From Fidelibacterota bacterium (lineage in GTDB: Bacteria > Fidelibacterota > UBA8477 > JABMPR01), in assembly GCA_016784025.1 (NCBI GenBank), contig JADHVL010000017.1:4892-68891 (forward strand): DNA of 64,000 nucleotides, in the 5' to 3' direction. Positions 1 to 9,521 of this stretch are shown one piece after another. Each line of letters opens with the position of its first letter. The first letter of the stretch is position 1. The notes beneath the pieces are model-generated. The model did no database searches and had not been told where the DNA came from. It saw only the letters and a program-made list of their open reading frames with translations. The position numbers and the translations under genes are program-made.

Positions 1-2
1 TG

Positions 3-170
3 GTTTCAGAACGAAAAGAAGGTCGATTCCGAGTGTATAGAGTTAATGCCTTCCAGCTTAAAACTATTCAGCAATGGGTCCTGCAGTTTGAGCAATTCTG
101 GTCAAACAATCTGGATAATCTGGAAGAATATTTGAACGTAATTCAAAAGAAAGAGGTGAATAATGAATAA
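3..170 (+). CDS. ArsR/SmtB-family transcriptional regulator, C-terminal fragment (5' end outside window)
   Basis: Frame 3 is open from the window edge to TAA at 168-170 (VSERKEGRFRVYRVNAFQLKTIQQWVLQFEQFW...). The stop overlaps the ATG of the next gene (ATGAATAA), the common ArsR + SRPBCC pair layout. Too short for the supplied ORF track. Confidence 0.4.
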   Translation, partial: VSERKEGRFRVYRVNAFQLKTIQQWVLQFEQFWSNNLDNLEEYLNVIQKKEVNNE

Positions 171-675
171 ACCCATAGATCAGTCAGTCAAGCCGTCCAT
201 TTTTACCAGAGAGTTTGCTGCACCCAGGCAACTGGTATTTGACGCCTGGACACAGCCTGAACATCTAAGGAACTGGATGTTTCCCATGCCAGGTGTCACG
301 TGTGAATACATGGCTTCCAATATTGTTACAGGAGGATCTTCGCTTCACAAGATGAGCTTTCCTAACGGACATGAAATGTGGCTCTTAACCAAGTATGAAA
401 GCGTGGAATCACCTGAAAAAATTGTATTTCGACAATACAATTCAAATGCAGAGGGAGATATTCTTCCCAATATGCAAATGCCAGACTGGCCTAAAGAGAT
501 GCGGGCAACCGTTCTTTTTGAAGAAGTAAATGGCAATACAAGACTCGAGTTAATCTGGGAGCCTGTGGATGCAAGCCAGGCTGAACGTGATACTTTTGAA
601 GCGTCAAGATCACAACATGGGAATGGTTGGGAAGGTGGCTTTGATCAACTGATCAGCTACCTGAAAACGCTGTAA
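163..675 (+). CDS. SRPBCC-superfamily protein, AHSA1 (activator of Hsp90 ATPase homolog 1-like) domain
   Basis: 170 aa. N-terminal FDAWTQPEHLRNWMFP motif and the overall size are typical of the bacterial AHSA1/SRPBCC family. Followed by a rho-independent terminator. Confidence 0.8.
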   Translation: MNKPIDQSVKPSIFTREFAAPRQLVFDAWTQPEHLRNWMFPMPGVTCEYMASNIVTGGSSLHKMSFPNGHEMWLLTKYESVESPEKIVFRQYNSNAEGDILPNMQMPDWPKEMRATVLFEEVNGNTRLELIWEPVDASQAERDTFEASRSQHGNGWEGGFDQLISYLKTL

Positions 676-711
676 AGCCAATAATCAAACAGCAACACTA
701 TATTCTTACAT

Positions 712-745
712 AAAAACAGCCCCCAGATAAGGGGGCTGTTTTTTT
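712..745. terminator. Bidirectional rho-independent terminator
   Basis: AAAAA-CAGCCCCC-agataa-GGGGGCTG-TTTTTTT: perfect 8-bp GC-rich stem (717-724 / 731-738) flanked by an A-run and a T-run. Lies between the convergent genes 163..675 and htpG. Confidence 0.85.
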
Positions 746-873
746 AAATTATTCTCTAATGTCGTCTGTCTGAGGTGTCATACTGAGCTTGTCGAAGTGT
801 TCTCGAAGGCAGAAGGTGTGTGTTCCCTTCGAGTTTCCTCGTTTCACTCGGCCTCAGGGAGACAATAAAGAGA

Positions 874-2760
874 CTATAGCGACTTGGTAAGCACCTCATT
901 CAAGCGCTTCACAAAGTCTGCAGGATTTTCCAGCTTCATACCTTCCAACAAGAGAGCCTGCTCATACAGCAGCTCAGTGGCATTGTCAAAATCCTTTGAC
1001 TTGCGCATATCCTTCATCTTCTTCAAGATGGGGTGATCCAGGTTGATCTCAAGGATAGGCTTGGCGTCAGGCATCCCTGCTTGACCCATGGCCTTCATCA
1101 TTTCCTGCATCTGGAAGGTGGGATCATCTGCATCGGCCACCAGGACTGAAGGGGAGTCGGTGAGACGGGAAGAGACCTTCACATCTTTGACCTTATCTCC
1201 CAGAACCTTTTTGACCTTTTTGATAAAGGGTTTGACTTCCTTTTCAAGCGTCTCATCATCTGGCTCATCATCCTCCTTCTTCAGTTCATCTCCTGCATTG
1301 CTGCGATTAACTGATTTGAAGTCGTGATCACCATATTTTGCTGCACCTGGAATAATGATTTCATCTATCTCATCATCAGCGATCAAGACTTCGATGTCTT
1401 TCTTGGTGTACATTTCAATGAGGGGTGAGCGCCGCAGGGTAGCTTCGTTATCTCCAGTGATATAGTAGATACCCTTCTGATCTTCCTGCATACGACTTAC
1501 ATAATCTTCCAGTGTGGTGTAGCCTTCGGCTTTGGTGGACTTGAAACGGACCAACTTTTCCAGGATTTCTCGATTGTCACGATCCTGATAATAGCCTTCC
1601 TTTAGTGGACGACCAAATTCCTCATAAAATTTGATATATTCCTTGTCTTTCTTCGCCAGGGTCTGAAAAGACTTCAGGAGTTTTTTAACTGATGCTTTGC
1701 GGATGTTGTCCAAAATACGATTCTGCTGAAGAATCTCGCGACTTACATTCAGGGGCAGATCTTCAGAATCAATAATTCCCTTTACGAAGCGTAGATAAGT
1801 TGGCAGAAGTTCTTTTTCATCATCAGTGATAAATACACGTTTGACATAAAGTTTCACACCGGGTTTGTAATCGGCATAGAAAAGATCCTGAGGTGCTTTT
1901 TCAGGGATGAAAAACAAAGTGGTGTAATCCATGGCCCCTTCAGCCTGGGTGTGGACGTGTAAGGCAGGATCTTTGAAATCGTTGCTGAAGGTTTTATAGA
2001 ACTCGTTATAGTCTTTCTTTTTCAGCTCAGCTTTTGGTTTTTTCCAGAAAGCCGTCGCATCATTGACTTGTTCACTTTTTTGTTCTTTGATTTCTTTTTT
2101 ATCATCACCCTCTCCATCAAAAGTGGTTTCTTCATAATGGAGATAAACAGGAAAGGCGATATGGTTTGAATACTTTTTCAGAATTTCAGTAATTGACCAA
2201 CGGTTGGCATATTCTTTCCCCTCATCATTAAGATGCAGGGTGATTTCAGTACCAGGTTCTTTTTTCTCAGTTTTATCCAGCTCAAAACCAGTCTTGCCAT
2301 CACTGACCCAACGATAAGCCTCTTTCTCACCAGCTTTACGGGTAATTACCTCTACTTGATCAGCAACCATGAAACAGGAATAAAAGCCAACACCGAACTG
2401 TCCAATCAAGTTGGAGTCCTTTTTGGCGTCTCCAGTGAGTTTTCCCAGGAAATTCTTGGTGCCTGATCGCGCAATGGTTCCGAGATGCTCGATGAGATCT
2501 TCCTCATTCATACCAATACCAGAATCTGAAATAGTAATAGAGCGACCATCCGAGGAGTCATTGAAGACAATATCAATTTTTGGATCAAAGGATATTTTCT
2601 TGAACTTGTCTTCAATCAGGGTCAAATATTTTAGTTTATCCAAAGCATCGGATGCATTGGACACCAATTCCCGTAGGAAAATTTCCTTGTGGGAATACAG
2701 CGAATGAACGATGAGGTGTAAAAGTTCATTCACCTCAGTTTGAAATACATGTTTTGTCAT
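874..2760 (-). CDS. htpG: Molecular chaperone HtpG (Hsp90 family)
   Basis: 628 aa with the Hsp90 N-terminal ATPase signature LLHLIVHSLYSHKEIFLRELVSNASDALDK and GQFGVGFYS. Full-length collinear architecture. Confidence 0.97.
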   Translation of the reverse strand: MTKHVFQTEVNELLHLIVHSLYSHKEIFLRELVSNASDALDKLKYLTLIEDKFKKISFDPKIDIVFNDSSDGRSITISDSGIGMNEEDLIEHLGTIARSGTKNFLGKLTGDAKKDSNLIGQFGVGFYSCFMVADQVEVITRKAGEKEAYRWVSDGKTGFELDKTEKKEPGTEITLHLNDEGKEYANRWSITEILKKYSNHIAFPVYLHYEETTFDGEGDDKKEIKEQKSEQVNDATAFWKKPKAELKKKDYNEFYKTFSNDFKDPALHVHTQAEGAMDYTTLFFIPEKAPQDLFYADYKPGVKLYVKRVFITDDEKELLPTYLRFVKGIIDSEDLPLNVSREILQQNRILDNIRKASVKKLLKSFQTLAKKDKEYIKFYEEFGRPLKEGYYQDRDNREILEKLVRFKSTKAEGYTTLEDYVSRMQEDQKGIYYITGDNEATLRRSPLIEMYTKKDIEVLIADDEIDEIIIPGAAKYGDHDFKSVNRSNAGDELKKEDDEPDDETLEKEVKPFIKKVKKVLGDKVKDVKVSSRLTDSPSVLVADADDPTFQMQEMMKAMGQAGMPDAKPILEINLDHPILKKMKDMRKSKDFDNATELLYEQALLLEGMKLENPADFVKRLNEVLTKSL

Positions 2761-3007
2761 TTTTTATCTCTCTCCCAAATATCAAAATTTTGTTGGGTTA
2801 AATGTGTACAAATCGTTTTGGTTCCACGCTTGCAATAACTGTTGGAAAACATATATAAGATGGTTCCACACAATGATTTGTTAAAAAAATTTTAAAAAAG
2901 CCAATCAATTAAAAGCGGGGCAAATATAATCCTGATCGAAGGGGGTTCAAGTTGGTTTTAGGTAGGGGTGGATGTGGTAAATTCGATCGGAGTAAGCCTT
3001 GGATCTG

Positions 3008-3832
3008 CTAACCCAGAGCAACATCCAAAACCATCATCACCGTGAAACCCAGCATGGCACCAATGGTTGGTTGATCCGTATTGCCGGCACGTTGGGATTC
3101 TGGGATGAGTTCTTCCACAACCACAAAAATCATTGCTCCAGCAGCAAAGGCCAGGGCGAATGGCAAAATAGCCGTAGAGGTCATGACGATGAGGGCGCCA
3201 AATACGGCGGCAATGGGTTCTACCATACCTGAAAGTTGTCCATACCAGAAGCTTTTACCTCTAGACATTCCCTCACGGCGGAGGGGCATGGAGATGGCAA
3301 GCCCTTCTGGAAAGTTTTGGATTCCAATACCAATGGCAAGTGCAATAGCGCCCTGTAGATCGGCACCGGGAAGCCCCGCTGAAATCGCACCAAAGGCGAC
3401 ACCCACTGCCAGCCCTTCAGGAATATTATGCAGAGTGATGGCCAGGACCAACAAAGTGGTTCGAGGCCAGGATGTGGGAATTCCCTCAACTTCAGAATCT
3501 TTGGCACCGAGATGAAGATGTGGCAGAATTTTATCGATGCCCCAGAGAACACCTCCACCAGTTAGAAAACCCAGGGAAACGGGGACCCATGGCGGCAATG
3601 AACGACCCTCTGCCATTTCAAGTGCTGGAGCCAGTAGCGACCAGAAACTGGCGGCAATCATCACACCGGCTGCAAAGCCCAACATACCATCCATGTTGGC
3701 AAATGATTTTTTATTATGAAAAAACACACCGGCCGCACCAAGGGCAGTGAGACCCCAGGTGAAAAGTCCAGCAAAAAGAGCTAGAAGGACGGGATGAATA
3801 TTAGCTAACGCTTCCATACTAAGTTCCTTCAA
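3008..3832 (-). CDS. ZIP-family divalent metal (zinc) transporter
   Basis: 274 aa, multi-TM, with the ZIP/ZupT-type motifs HNIPEGLAVG and NFPEGLAIS. Confidence 0.9.
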   Translation of the reverse strand: MKELSMEALANIHPVLLALFAGLFTWGLTALGAAGVFFHNKKSFANMDGMLGFAAGVMIAASFWSLLAPALEMAEGRSLPPWVPVSLGFLTGGGVLWGIDKILPHLHLGAKDSEVEGIPTSWPRTTLLVLAITLHNIPEGLAVGVAFGAISAGLPGADLQGAIALAIGIGIQNFPEGLAISMPLRREGMSRGKSFWYGQLSGMVEPIAAVFGALIVMTSTAILPFALAFAAGAMIFVVVEELIPESQRAGNTDQPTIGAMLGFTVMMVLDVALG

Positions 3833-3934
3833 AAAAAATAAAAGGACCTGTAATAGTCCTCAAGAATTGATCACCAATGTGAAGGATGGGGGCAGATAAG
3901 TCAAGGTTTACCTGCCCCTGTAATAGTTAGGACT

Positions 3935-4831
3935 CTAGATAGAGAAATTAATGCCAGTCAATTCCTCAGATGTGGTCCACAGTTTTTTGGCAATGGTCTC
4001 ATCCTGGGACAGTTTATTGGGGGCCACTATTTTAGGCCAACCCCGTTGCTGGGCAATTCCCGATGGACCATAAAAATTGCTGCTAGAGGCTTCTGGATCA
4101 ATGGCTGCCATAAGGGTAGGCATTGCACCCATAAAACCTGATTGTGCCACGATTACATTCAAAAACTTTAGGAATAGCCCCTTTTGAAGACCTGTGGCAG
4201 CATAGCCAGGGTGTGCTGTAGTTGCTATTACATCAAGTCCAGCCGTTTTCATACGCCTACCCAGTTCATTGGTGAAATACAGGTTCGCGATCTTGCTATC
4301 ACCGTAGGATTTCCAGGGGACATATTTCCTCGATTCCCAATGGATGTCGCCAAAATTAATGTTACCCATGTTATGTGCAGTGCTGCTCACATTCACAATG
4401 CGACTGTCCACTGTACTTTTTAGCAGGGGAAACAACTGGGCTGTCAGGGCAAAGTGACCGAGATGATTTGTGCCCATTTGAGATTCAAATCCATCTTCTG
4501 TCTTGCCATAAGGGGGAATCATGATCCCAGCATTATTAATCAATACATCTAATTGGGTTTGAGATTTTAAAAAGTTTTCAGAGAAATCCTTAACAGATTT
4601 CAGGCTGGACAGATCCAGCAGTGAAACTGTGATCTTGGCTTGTGAATGATCTTTTAGAATCTCGGCTTTAGCCTGATCACCTTTTTTATTATTACGCACT
4701 GCCAATACAACATCGGCACCTTTAAGTGCTAATACTTTGGCTGCTTCAAAACCGATGCCACTGTTGGCACCAGTTACGATGACAACGCGACCTGATTGGT
4801 CTGGAATATTTTCAGTTGTCCATTTGTTCAT
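3935..4831 (-). CDS. Short-chain dehydrogenase/reductase (SDR) family oxidoreductase
   Basis: Rossmann motif VTGANSGIGFEAAK, NNAG, and catalytic YGDSK (YxxxK). Confidence 0.85.
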   Translation of the reverse strand: MNKWTTENIPDQSGRVVIVTGANSGIGFEAAKVLALKGADVVLAVRNNKKGDQAKAEILKDHSQAKITVSLLDLSSLKSVKDFSENFLKSQTQLDVLINNAGIMIPPYGKTEDGFESQMGTNHLGHFALTAQLFPLLKSTVDSRIVNVSSTAHNMGNINFGDIHWESRKYVPWKSYGDSKIANLYFTNELGRRMKTAGLDVIATTAHPGYAATGLQKGLFLKFLNVIVAQSGFMGAMPTLMAAIDPEASSSNFYGPSGIAQQRGWPKIVAPNKLSQDETIAKKLWTTSEELTGINFSI

Positions 4832-5514
4832 TAGAGCTCCCCTTTATCTGATTGTTTTTTTGCCAGTCCGACAATATCCAGCACTTCAATTCTCTGTTTA
4901 TCTGAACCTTCCTGTGCCACCTGTATCATCGCCAGACCAATCTCCTCCAGAGAAGATATTTGTTTTGGAAAGAGTTTCCGCAGCAAGGGGATGATAGGAT
5001 TCATAAGCTTGTAAAACAGGTAGGCATTCCTCAGTCCCTTGGTCGGTTGAATCAATGCAGGTCTGAACATGAAGGCTTCTTTGAAAGGTAATTTCAAAAG
5101 CGCGTTCTCTGTTTTTCCCTTTACACGTGTCCACATCATTCGGCCTTGTTCAGTGTCATCTGTCCCTGCCCCGGAGACATAACATAGTGTCATGTCCGGG
5201 TTTAGCTTCGCCAGGGTTCCAGCCAGGGCCAGTGTCATATCATGGGTTATGCGAGTATATAACTCTTCTGATGCTCTGAATGAGGTGATCCCCATACACA
5301 AAAAGGCGGCTGTATATCCAGAGAGCTCACTTTCAATTGAGGTGAAGTCTGAAAAATCGCTATGAATGATTTCTGTTAATTTGGAATGCTCAACACCACA
5401 AGTGCTGCGGTTGATAACCAGGACTGATTCAACATCTGGATGATTCAGACTCTCATGGAGGACACCTTCGCCAACCATTCCGGTGGAGCCGGTAATTATT
5501 GCTTTTATTGACAT
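4831..5514 (-). CDS. NAD(P)H-binding atypical SDR (NmrA/HTATIP2-like) protein
   Basis: 227 aa with glycine-rich N-terminus IITGSTGMVGEGV. Its stop abuts the start of the downstream SDR gene. Confidence 0.7.
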   Translation of the reverse strand: MSIKAIITGSTGMVGEGVLHESLNHPDVESVLVINRSTCGVEHSKLTEIIHSDFSDFTSIESELSGYTAAFLCMGITSFRASEELYTRITHDMTLALAGTLAKLNPDMTLCYVSGAGTDDTEQGRMMWTRVKGKTENALLKLPFKEAFMFRPALIQPTKGLRNAYLFYKLMNPIIPLLRKLFPKQISSLEEIGLAMIQVAQEGSDKQRIEVLDIVGLAKKQSDKGEL

Positions 5515-5530
5515 GATTTCCTCAGCTCGT

Positions 5531-6709
5531 TTATGGGGTGTCTAATTGCGGTGTTGACCCGGCAAGTGGTTCTGGAGTGGTTTCAGGTAGATAGGGAGCC
5601 CACCATTTTTCAGTTTGCATTCTGCCAGGATACTCAACGACTTGTCCAAAAATAGGTGTTAACAGTCTCACTCCGTTGGCTTCGGCTGCCAGTGTGACTC
5701 GTTTCATGGGGTCAAACCAATCGTGGAGTGCCAGATTAAAGGTACCCCAGTGTATGGGCCAGACATAGTGGGCTTTCAGATCGAGAGAGGCTTGAACTGT
5801 TTCTTCGGGAAACATATGCACCTCAGCCCATTCCAGGTTGTAGGCTCCGCATTCCATAAAAGCGATGTCAAAAGGTCCATATTTTTCACCAATAGTTTTA
5901 AACCCATCAAAATATCCAGAGTCTCCACTGAAATAGATATTGTGATCGAGAGTGGCAATCACATATGAAGTCCATAAGGTTTTATTGCGATCCGTAAGTC
6001 CACGACCAGAAAAATGCTGACTGGGGGTTGATGTGATGGTCAATTTTTCATCGAAATCATAAGAATCCCACCAATCCAGCTCCGTAACCTTCTCACGAGG
6101 GACACCCCATTTCTCTAATTGGGCTCCAACACCAAGAGGGACAATAAAGCGAGTTACTTCAGAATGGATAGTTTTGATGGAGTACTTGTTGAGATGATCA
6201 TAATGATTATGTGAAATGACAACCACATCAATATCTCTCAGTTCTGTTGGATCAATAGGGATTTCATCGTGGAAGCGTGTGGGTCCCACGGGACTGATTT
6301 TCGCTTCATAGACTGGATCAGTGAGAATCCGGTATCCATCCATGTGGATCAAGAGGGATGAATGGCCCGCATTGGTGACTTTTAGATAGGAGCTGTCAGC
6401 AGACTCCAGGAGATTCAGATCAATTTGTTGTTGAGGAAGCGCTTCTTCGGGGGAGCGTTGCTCTTTACCGAAGAGATACTTTTTTATCATTCCGAAAGAT
6501 GGACTCATCTCCAGGATGCGGGGATTGGTAAACCGCCCGTCTTTATATTGAGGTGAAGCTTGAATTTTATTCAAAGGATTCTCTCCTTGATCATATTGAG
6601 CCGCCGATAAGACGGTGTTGATGGTAAAAATGGAGCCCGTAAGGATCAACATCAAGACGATGATGATCTTGCCAGGTCTCCTTAGTGATATATTTAAACG
6701 AATATTCAT
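5531..6709 (-). CDS. MBL-fold metallo-hydrolase (NAPE-PLD-like), membrane anchored
   Basis: 392 aa with an N-terminal TM segment and the HxHxDH metal motif (ISHNHYDHLN). Confidence 0.8.
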   Translation of the reverse strand: MNIRLNISLRRPGKIIIVLMLILTGSIFTINTVLSAAQYDQGENPLNKIQASPQYKDGRFTNPRILEMSPSFGMIKKYLFGKEQRSPEEALPQQQIDLNLLESADSSYLKVTNAGHSSLLIHMDGYRILTDPVYEAKISPVGPTRFHDEIPIDPTELRDIDVVVISHNHYDHLNKYSIKTIHSEVTRFIVPLGVGAQLEKWGVPREKVTELDWWDSYDFDEKLTITSTPSQHFSGRGLTDRNKTLWTSYVIATLDHNIYFSGDSGYFDGFKTIGEKYGPFDIAFMECGAYNLEWAEVHMFPEETVQASLDLKAHYVWPIHWGTFNLALHDWFDPMKRVTLAAEANGVRLLTPIFGQVVEYPGRMQTEKWWAPYLPETTPEPLAGSTPQLDTP

Positions 6710-6731
6710 TCAGTTATCCTTGCAAAATTTT

Positions 6732-7304
6732 TTACAGTTTAATAGCGTCCCAGGCCATAGACATGACAGCTCTGACTTTGTCTGGTGTGGCTTCAAAATC
6801 CGGGTTTAAACGTGGATTCGCTAAACCGAAGATGGGGTAGTAAAGGTGAGAGAAGATGAGCTCGAAGGGGACATCCTTGATGATTTTATCTTTTACACCC
6901 TGGCGTAACACACCAAATAAGGGCAGGAAAGCGGCTTCAATTTTTGCCTTGTCCACCAGATCGTTATAAGGTGAATTGGCAAATTGCTCAGTGAAATAGA
7001 ATAGCTCAGAATTAGCCGAGATGTAATTGAAGAGGTTGACGCCGGTGTTCATCAAGGCATCCTCCACTGGGAGCGACGCATCAAAATCTGCCATCAAAGC
7101 GTCACCGAGGCATGTCTTAATGGTTACATAAGTGGAAACCAGCAAGTCATCCTTATTTTTATAGTAGATGTAAATGGTTGCCGGTGAAACGCCAGCCCGT
7201 TTTGCGATCTTGGACACAGAGCTGGAGGCAAAACCTATTTCATTTACCAGGGCAATAGTGGCACTGATGATGGCTTGTTGCTTATTTTCGTCTTTAACTC
7301 TCAC
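6732..7304 (-). CDS. TetR/AcrR-family transcriptional regulator
   Basis: 190 aa with N-terminal HTH FASSSVSKIAKRAGVSPATIYIYYKNKDDL. First gene of the minus-strand string 7304 to 3935. Confidence 0.85.
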   Translation of the reverse strand: MRVKDENKQQAIISATIALVNEIGFASSSVSKIAKRAGVSPATIYIYYKNKDDLLVSTYVTIKTCLGDALMADFDASLPVEDALMNTGVNLFNYISANSELFYFTEQFANSPYNDLVDKAKIEAAFLPLFGVLRQGVKDKIIKDVPFELIFSHLYYPIFGLANPRLNPDFEATPDKVRAVMSMAWDAIKL

Positions 7305-7450
7305 GTTCTATAATAAACGATCATTCATTTATTGCAATCATTTTTTTGGATTTCTTTTAGTAAAATGTAATTATGCCGACACACTAAATCCTTCTGTAGT
7401 GTATATTGTGATCAATTAAGTCATGATTACAGATCAACTCAGAAGGTGAA

Positions 7451-8461
7451 ATGATGAATGAACGCGTAGAAATGATAGATGGTTTAACTGATACTGGAAG
7501 GTCTGGTGTAAAAGCATTTAGTGGGGGTGGTGATTTTGGTCCTGTTGTCCTATATCAGGTGCAATCCTTTACCCTGGTTGGTTTTGGTTTGTTTGTAGGT
7601 ATCGGTACCTTATTGGCAGTTCTCCATGCCATCTTTTATCTTGGAGCGTACCAGATTGTGCCCCAGAATCTCCAGATAGCTCAACTCGCAATAACCGTAG
7701 CTCTGGTGGCACCCATATCCGGTTACATCATGACCAGACTTCTAGATATAAAGACCTGGCTCTCCGGTGAAAAATCATTTATTGAATATATCCGTACCGT
7801 AAGTTTTGGATTGTGGGGCAGTCTCACCGGGGGATTGATTATCATTACAGCTTTTGCTTCCATTAACAACATCCCCTTACTGGCTCTCCTTGATGCCTTC
7901 GCGCTAGGTGTTCCTCTGGCTCAGGCTTTTGGACGTCTGGGATGCCTGAATTATGGTTGCTGTCATGGCAAAGCATGTACTTCCCATCATCAACTGGGAA
8001 TTCGCTATTTCGATTCTAGAACTAAGGTTTTACGTTTTAGCCCAGAGTTAAGAGGCAAGCGATTGCACCCGACCCAATTGTATTCTGTTCTGGCCAATGC
8101 TGTTATTTATCTAACCATATTAACACTAAGCATATTCTGGGATGAACGTCCTGTTGGTATGCTGATAGCCATCTATATGGGTCTGTATGGAATCAAGCGC
8201 TTTAATGTTGAGTTTTTACGTGGTGAATTTCCCAGAGTGTATTTTTCTGGATTGACCATTTGGCAATGGTTTAGCGTAATATTTATAATCCTGGGTTTAG
8301 GGATCACGACCTATGTACTCACAGGCGGAGTGACTATAGGAGAGCACAGCGTCTCTGGAGGTTTCCAGAGTCTACAAGCCACCCTGGGTGTGCTTATCCT
8401 GGCTCCTGTGATCATGGGATTGGCCTATGGAACCCATGGAAGAAAAATTGGGAGCTGGTGA
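7451..8461 (+). CDS. Prolipoprotein diacylglyceryl transferase (Lgt)-family membrane protein
   Basis: 336 aa, multi-TM. Motifs GRLGCLNYGCCHGK and HPTQLY resemble the Lgt family. RBS AAGGTGA lies upstream of the ATG. Confidence 0.65.
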   Translation: MMNERVEMIDGLTDTGRSGVKAFSGGGDFGPVVLYQVQSFTLVGFGLFVGIGTLLAVLHAIFYLGAYQIVPQNLQIAQLAITVALVAPISGYIMTRLLDIKTWLSGEKSFIEYIRTVSFGLWGSLTGGLIIITAFASINNIPLLALLDAFALGVPLAQAFGRLGCLNYGCCHGKACTSHHQLGIRYFDSRTKVLRFSPELRGKRLHPTQLYSVLANAVIYLTILTLSIFWDERPVGMLIAIYMGLYGIKRFNVEFLRGEFPRVYFSGLTIWQWFSVIFIILGLGITTYVLTGGVTIGEHSVSGGFQSLQATLGVLILAPVIMGLAYGTHGRKIGSW

Positions 8462-8465
8462 TAAT

Positions 8466-9521
8466 ATGATTCCAGTATTAATCGTGGGAGCCGGACCATA
8501 TGGCCTATCCCTGGCGAACTACATGTCCGAATTAGGTTTAGATTTCAAGATTATTGGCAAACCCATGGAACTGTGGAAAAATCACACTTTTACCGATGCC
8601 TCATTACGATCAGAAATGGCGACGTCTGAAATAGCTCATCCCCAAAACGCATATTCTATTCAGAACTTTCGTTCGCAGAATGGTCTCGATAGAGGCAAAC
8701 CAAGCGATAGAATAAATGTGAGAGAATACCGCCAGTACGTGGATTGGGTATTGGGGGCAATACCTTATAATATCCAACCAGAATATCTGGCAAATCTTTC
8801 CCAAATGAGTGACTATTTCGAAGCTAAACTTGAATCTGGTGAAACGCTGAAAGCCAAACAGGTCGTTATTGCCACTGGTGTGGCTCATCATCTGAAGATT
8901 CCTGCTGAATTCTCAAGTGCAAAAGATGTCATTCATAGTTATTACACCCAGGAAATTGAGGCCCTGCAGGGCAAAAAAGTATTGGTTGTTGGCGCAGGAC
9001 AATCAGCCGCTGAGGCCATGGAAATCTGCAGAAAAAATAAAAACCAGGTCCATTGGTATGCCCGTAAAGAACCTCGATTTTATTCTGAACCCCTGGATCT
9101 TCCCAAATGGATATTCAATCTGGTTGTAAAAAGTGCCGGTCTCTTCCGACGACTCCCACATCGTCTTATTCAATATTTGTTCTCAATATTTTCAGCCACA
9201 ACCATGACACCAGATCACAAAATTAAACTGGCTGATCTAAATCGATTTTCAAGCCTACCTGACTTGAGCGTATATGATCATGTCATTTCGGCTACTGGTT
9301 ACAATTACACACTGAATCACATGAATTTTCTGGCAGATGAATTACGAGATAGCCTGGAAATGAGAGCAGCCATGCCTCGCATCGATAAAAATTTCATGAG
9401 TTCTATGCGAGATTTATACTTTATCGGACCCTCTACTGAAATGTTCTTTGGTCCTCCCATGAAATTTATGATTGGGTCTCAATATGTAGCACCAAGGCTT
9501 TCCAAACTATTGGCGAGATGA
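8466..9521 (+). CDS. Flavin-dependent monooxygenase, lysine/ornithine N-hydroxylase-like (K_oxygenase-type)
   Basis: Two dinucleotide motifs: VLIVGAGPYGLSLA and VLVVGAGQSAAE, the latter typical of IucD/PvdA/SidA-type enzymes. The ATG at 8466 follows the upstream stop by 4 nt; the track ORF extends to 8427. Confidence 0.65.
   Translation: MIPVLIVGAGPYGLSLANYMSELGLDFKIIGKPMELWKNHTFTDASLRSEMATSEIAHPQNAYSIQNFRSQNGLDRGKPSDRINVREYRQYVDWVLGAIPYNIQPEYLANLSQMSDYFEAKLESGETLKAKQVVIATGVAHHLKIPAEFSSAKDVIHSYYTQEIEALQGKKVLVVGAGQSAAEAMEICRKNKNQVHWYARKEPRFYSEPLDLPKWIFNLVVKSAGLFRRLPHRLIQYLFSIFSATTMTPDHKIKLADLNRFSSLPDLSVYDHVISATGYNYTLNHMNFLADELRDSLEMRAAMPRIDKNFMSSMRDLYFIGPSTEMFFGPPMKFMIGSQYVAPRLSKLLAR

Noticed and set aside
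163-2760. An AHSA1-domain protein (named after the Hsp90 ATPase activator) lies next to htpG (Hsp90), suggesting a co-chaperone pair.
   Set aside because: The genes are convergent and separated by a strong terminator. The SRPBCC gene is translationally coupled to an ArsR fragment, the usual ArsR-SRPBCC pair. The bacterial AHSA1 name reflects fold similarity only.
2819-2834. Sigma54-type -24/-12 match TGGTTCCACGCTTGCA (GG and GC correctly spaced) on the plus strand in the htpG upstream region. A partial second GGTTCCAC lies at about 2861.
   Set aside because: It points away from htpG (minus strand) and into the 3' end of the minus-strand ZIP gene. No plus-strand gene or credible ORF lies downstream, so it is most likely a chance match.
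8427-8465. A 13-codon N-terminal extension of the flavoenzyme ORF overlaps the Lgt-like gene end.
   Set aside because: The ATG at 8466 lies directly in front of the FAD-binding GxGxxG motif and 4 nt after the upstream stop, so the extension is probably not translated.
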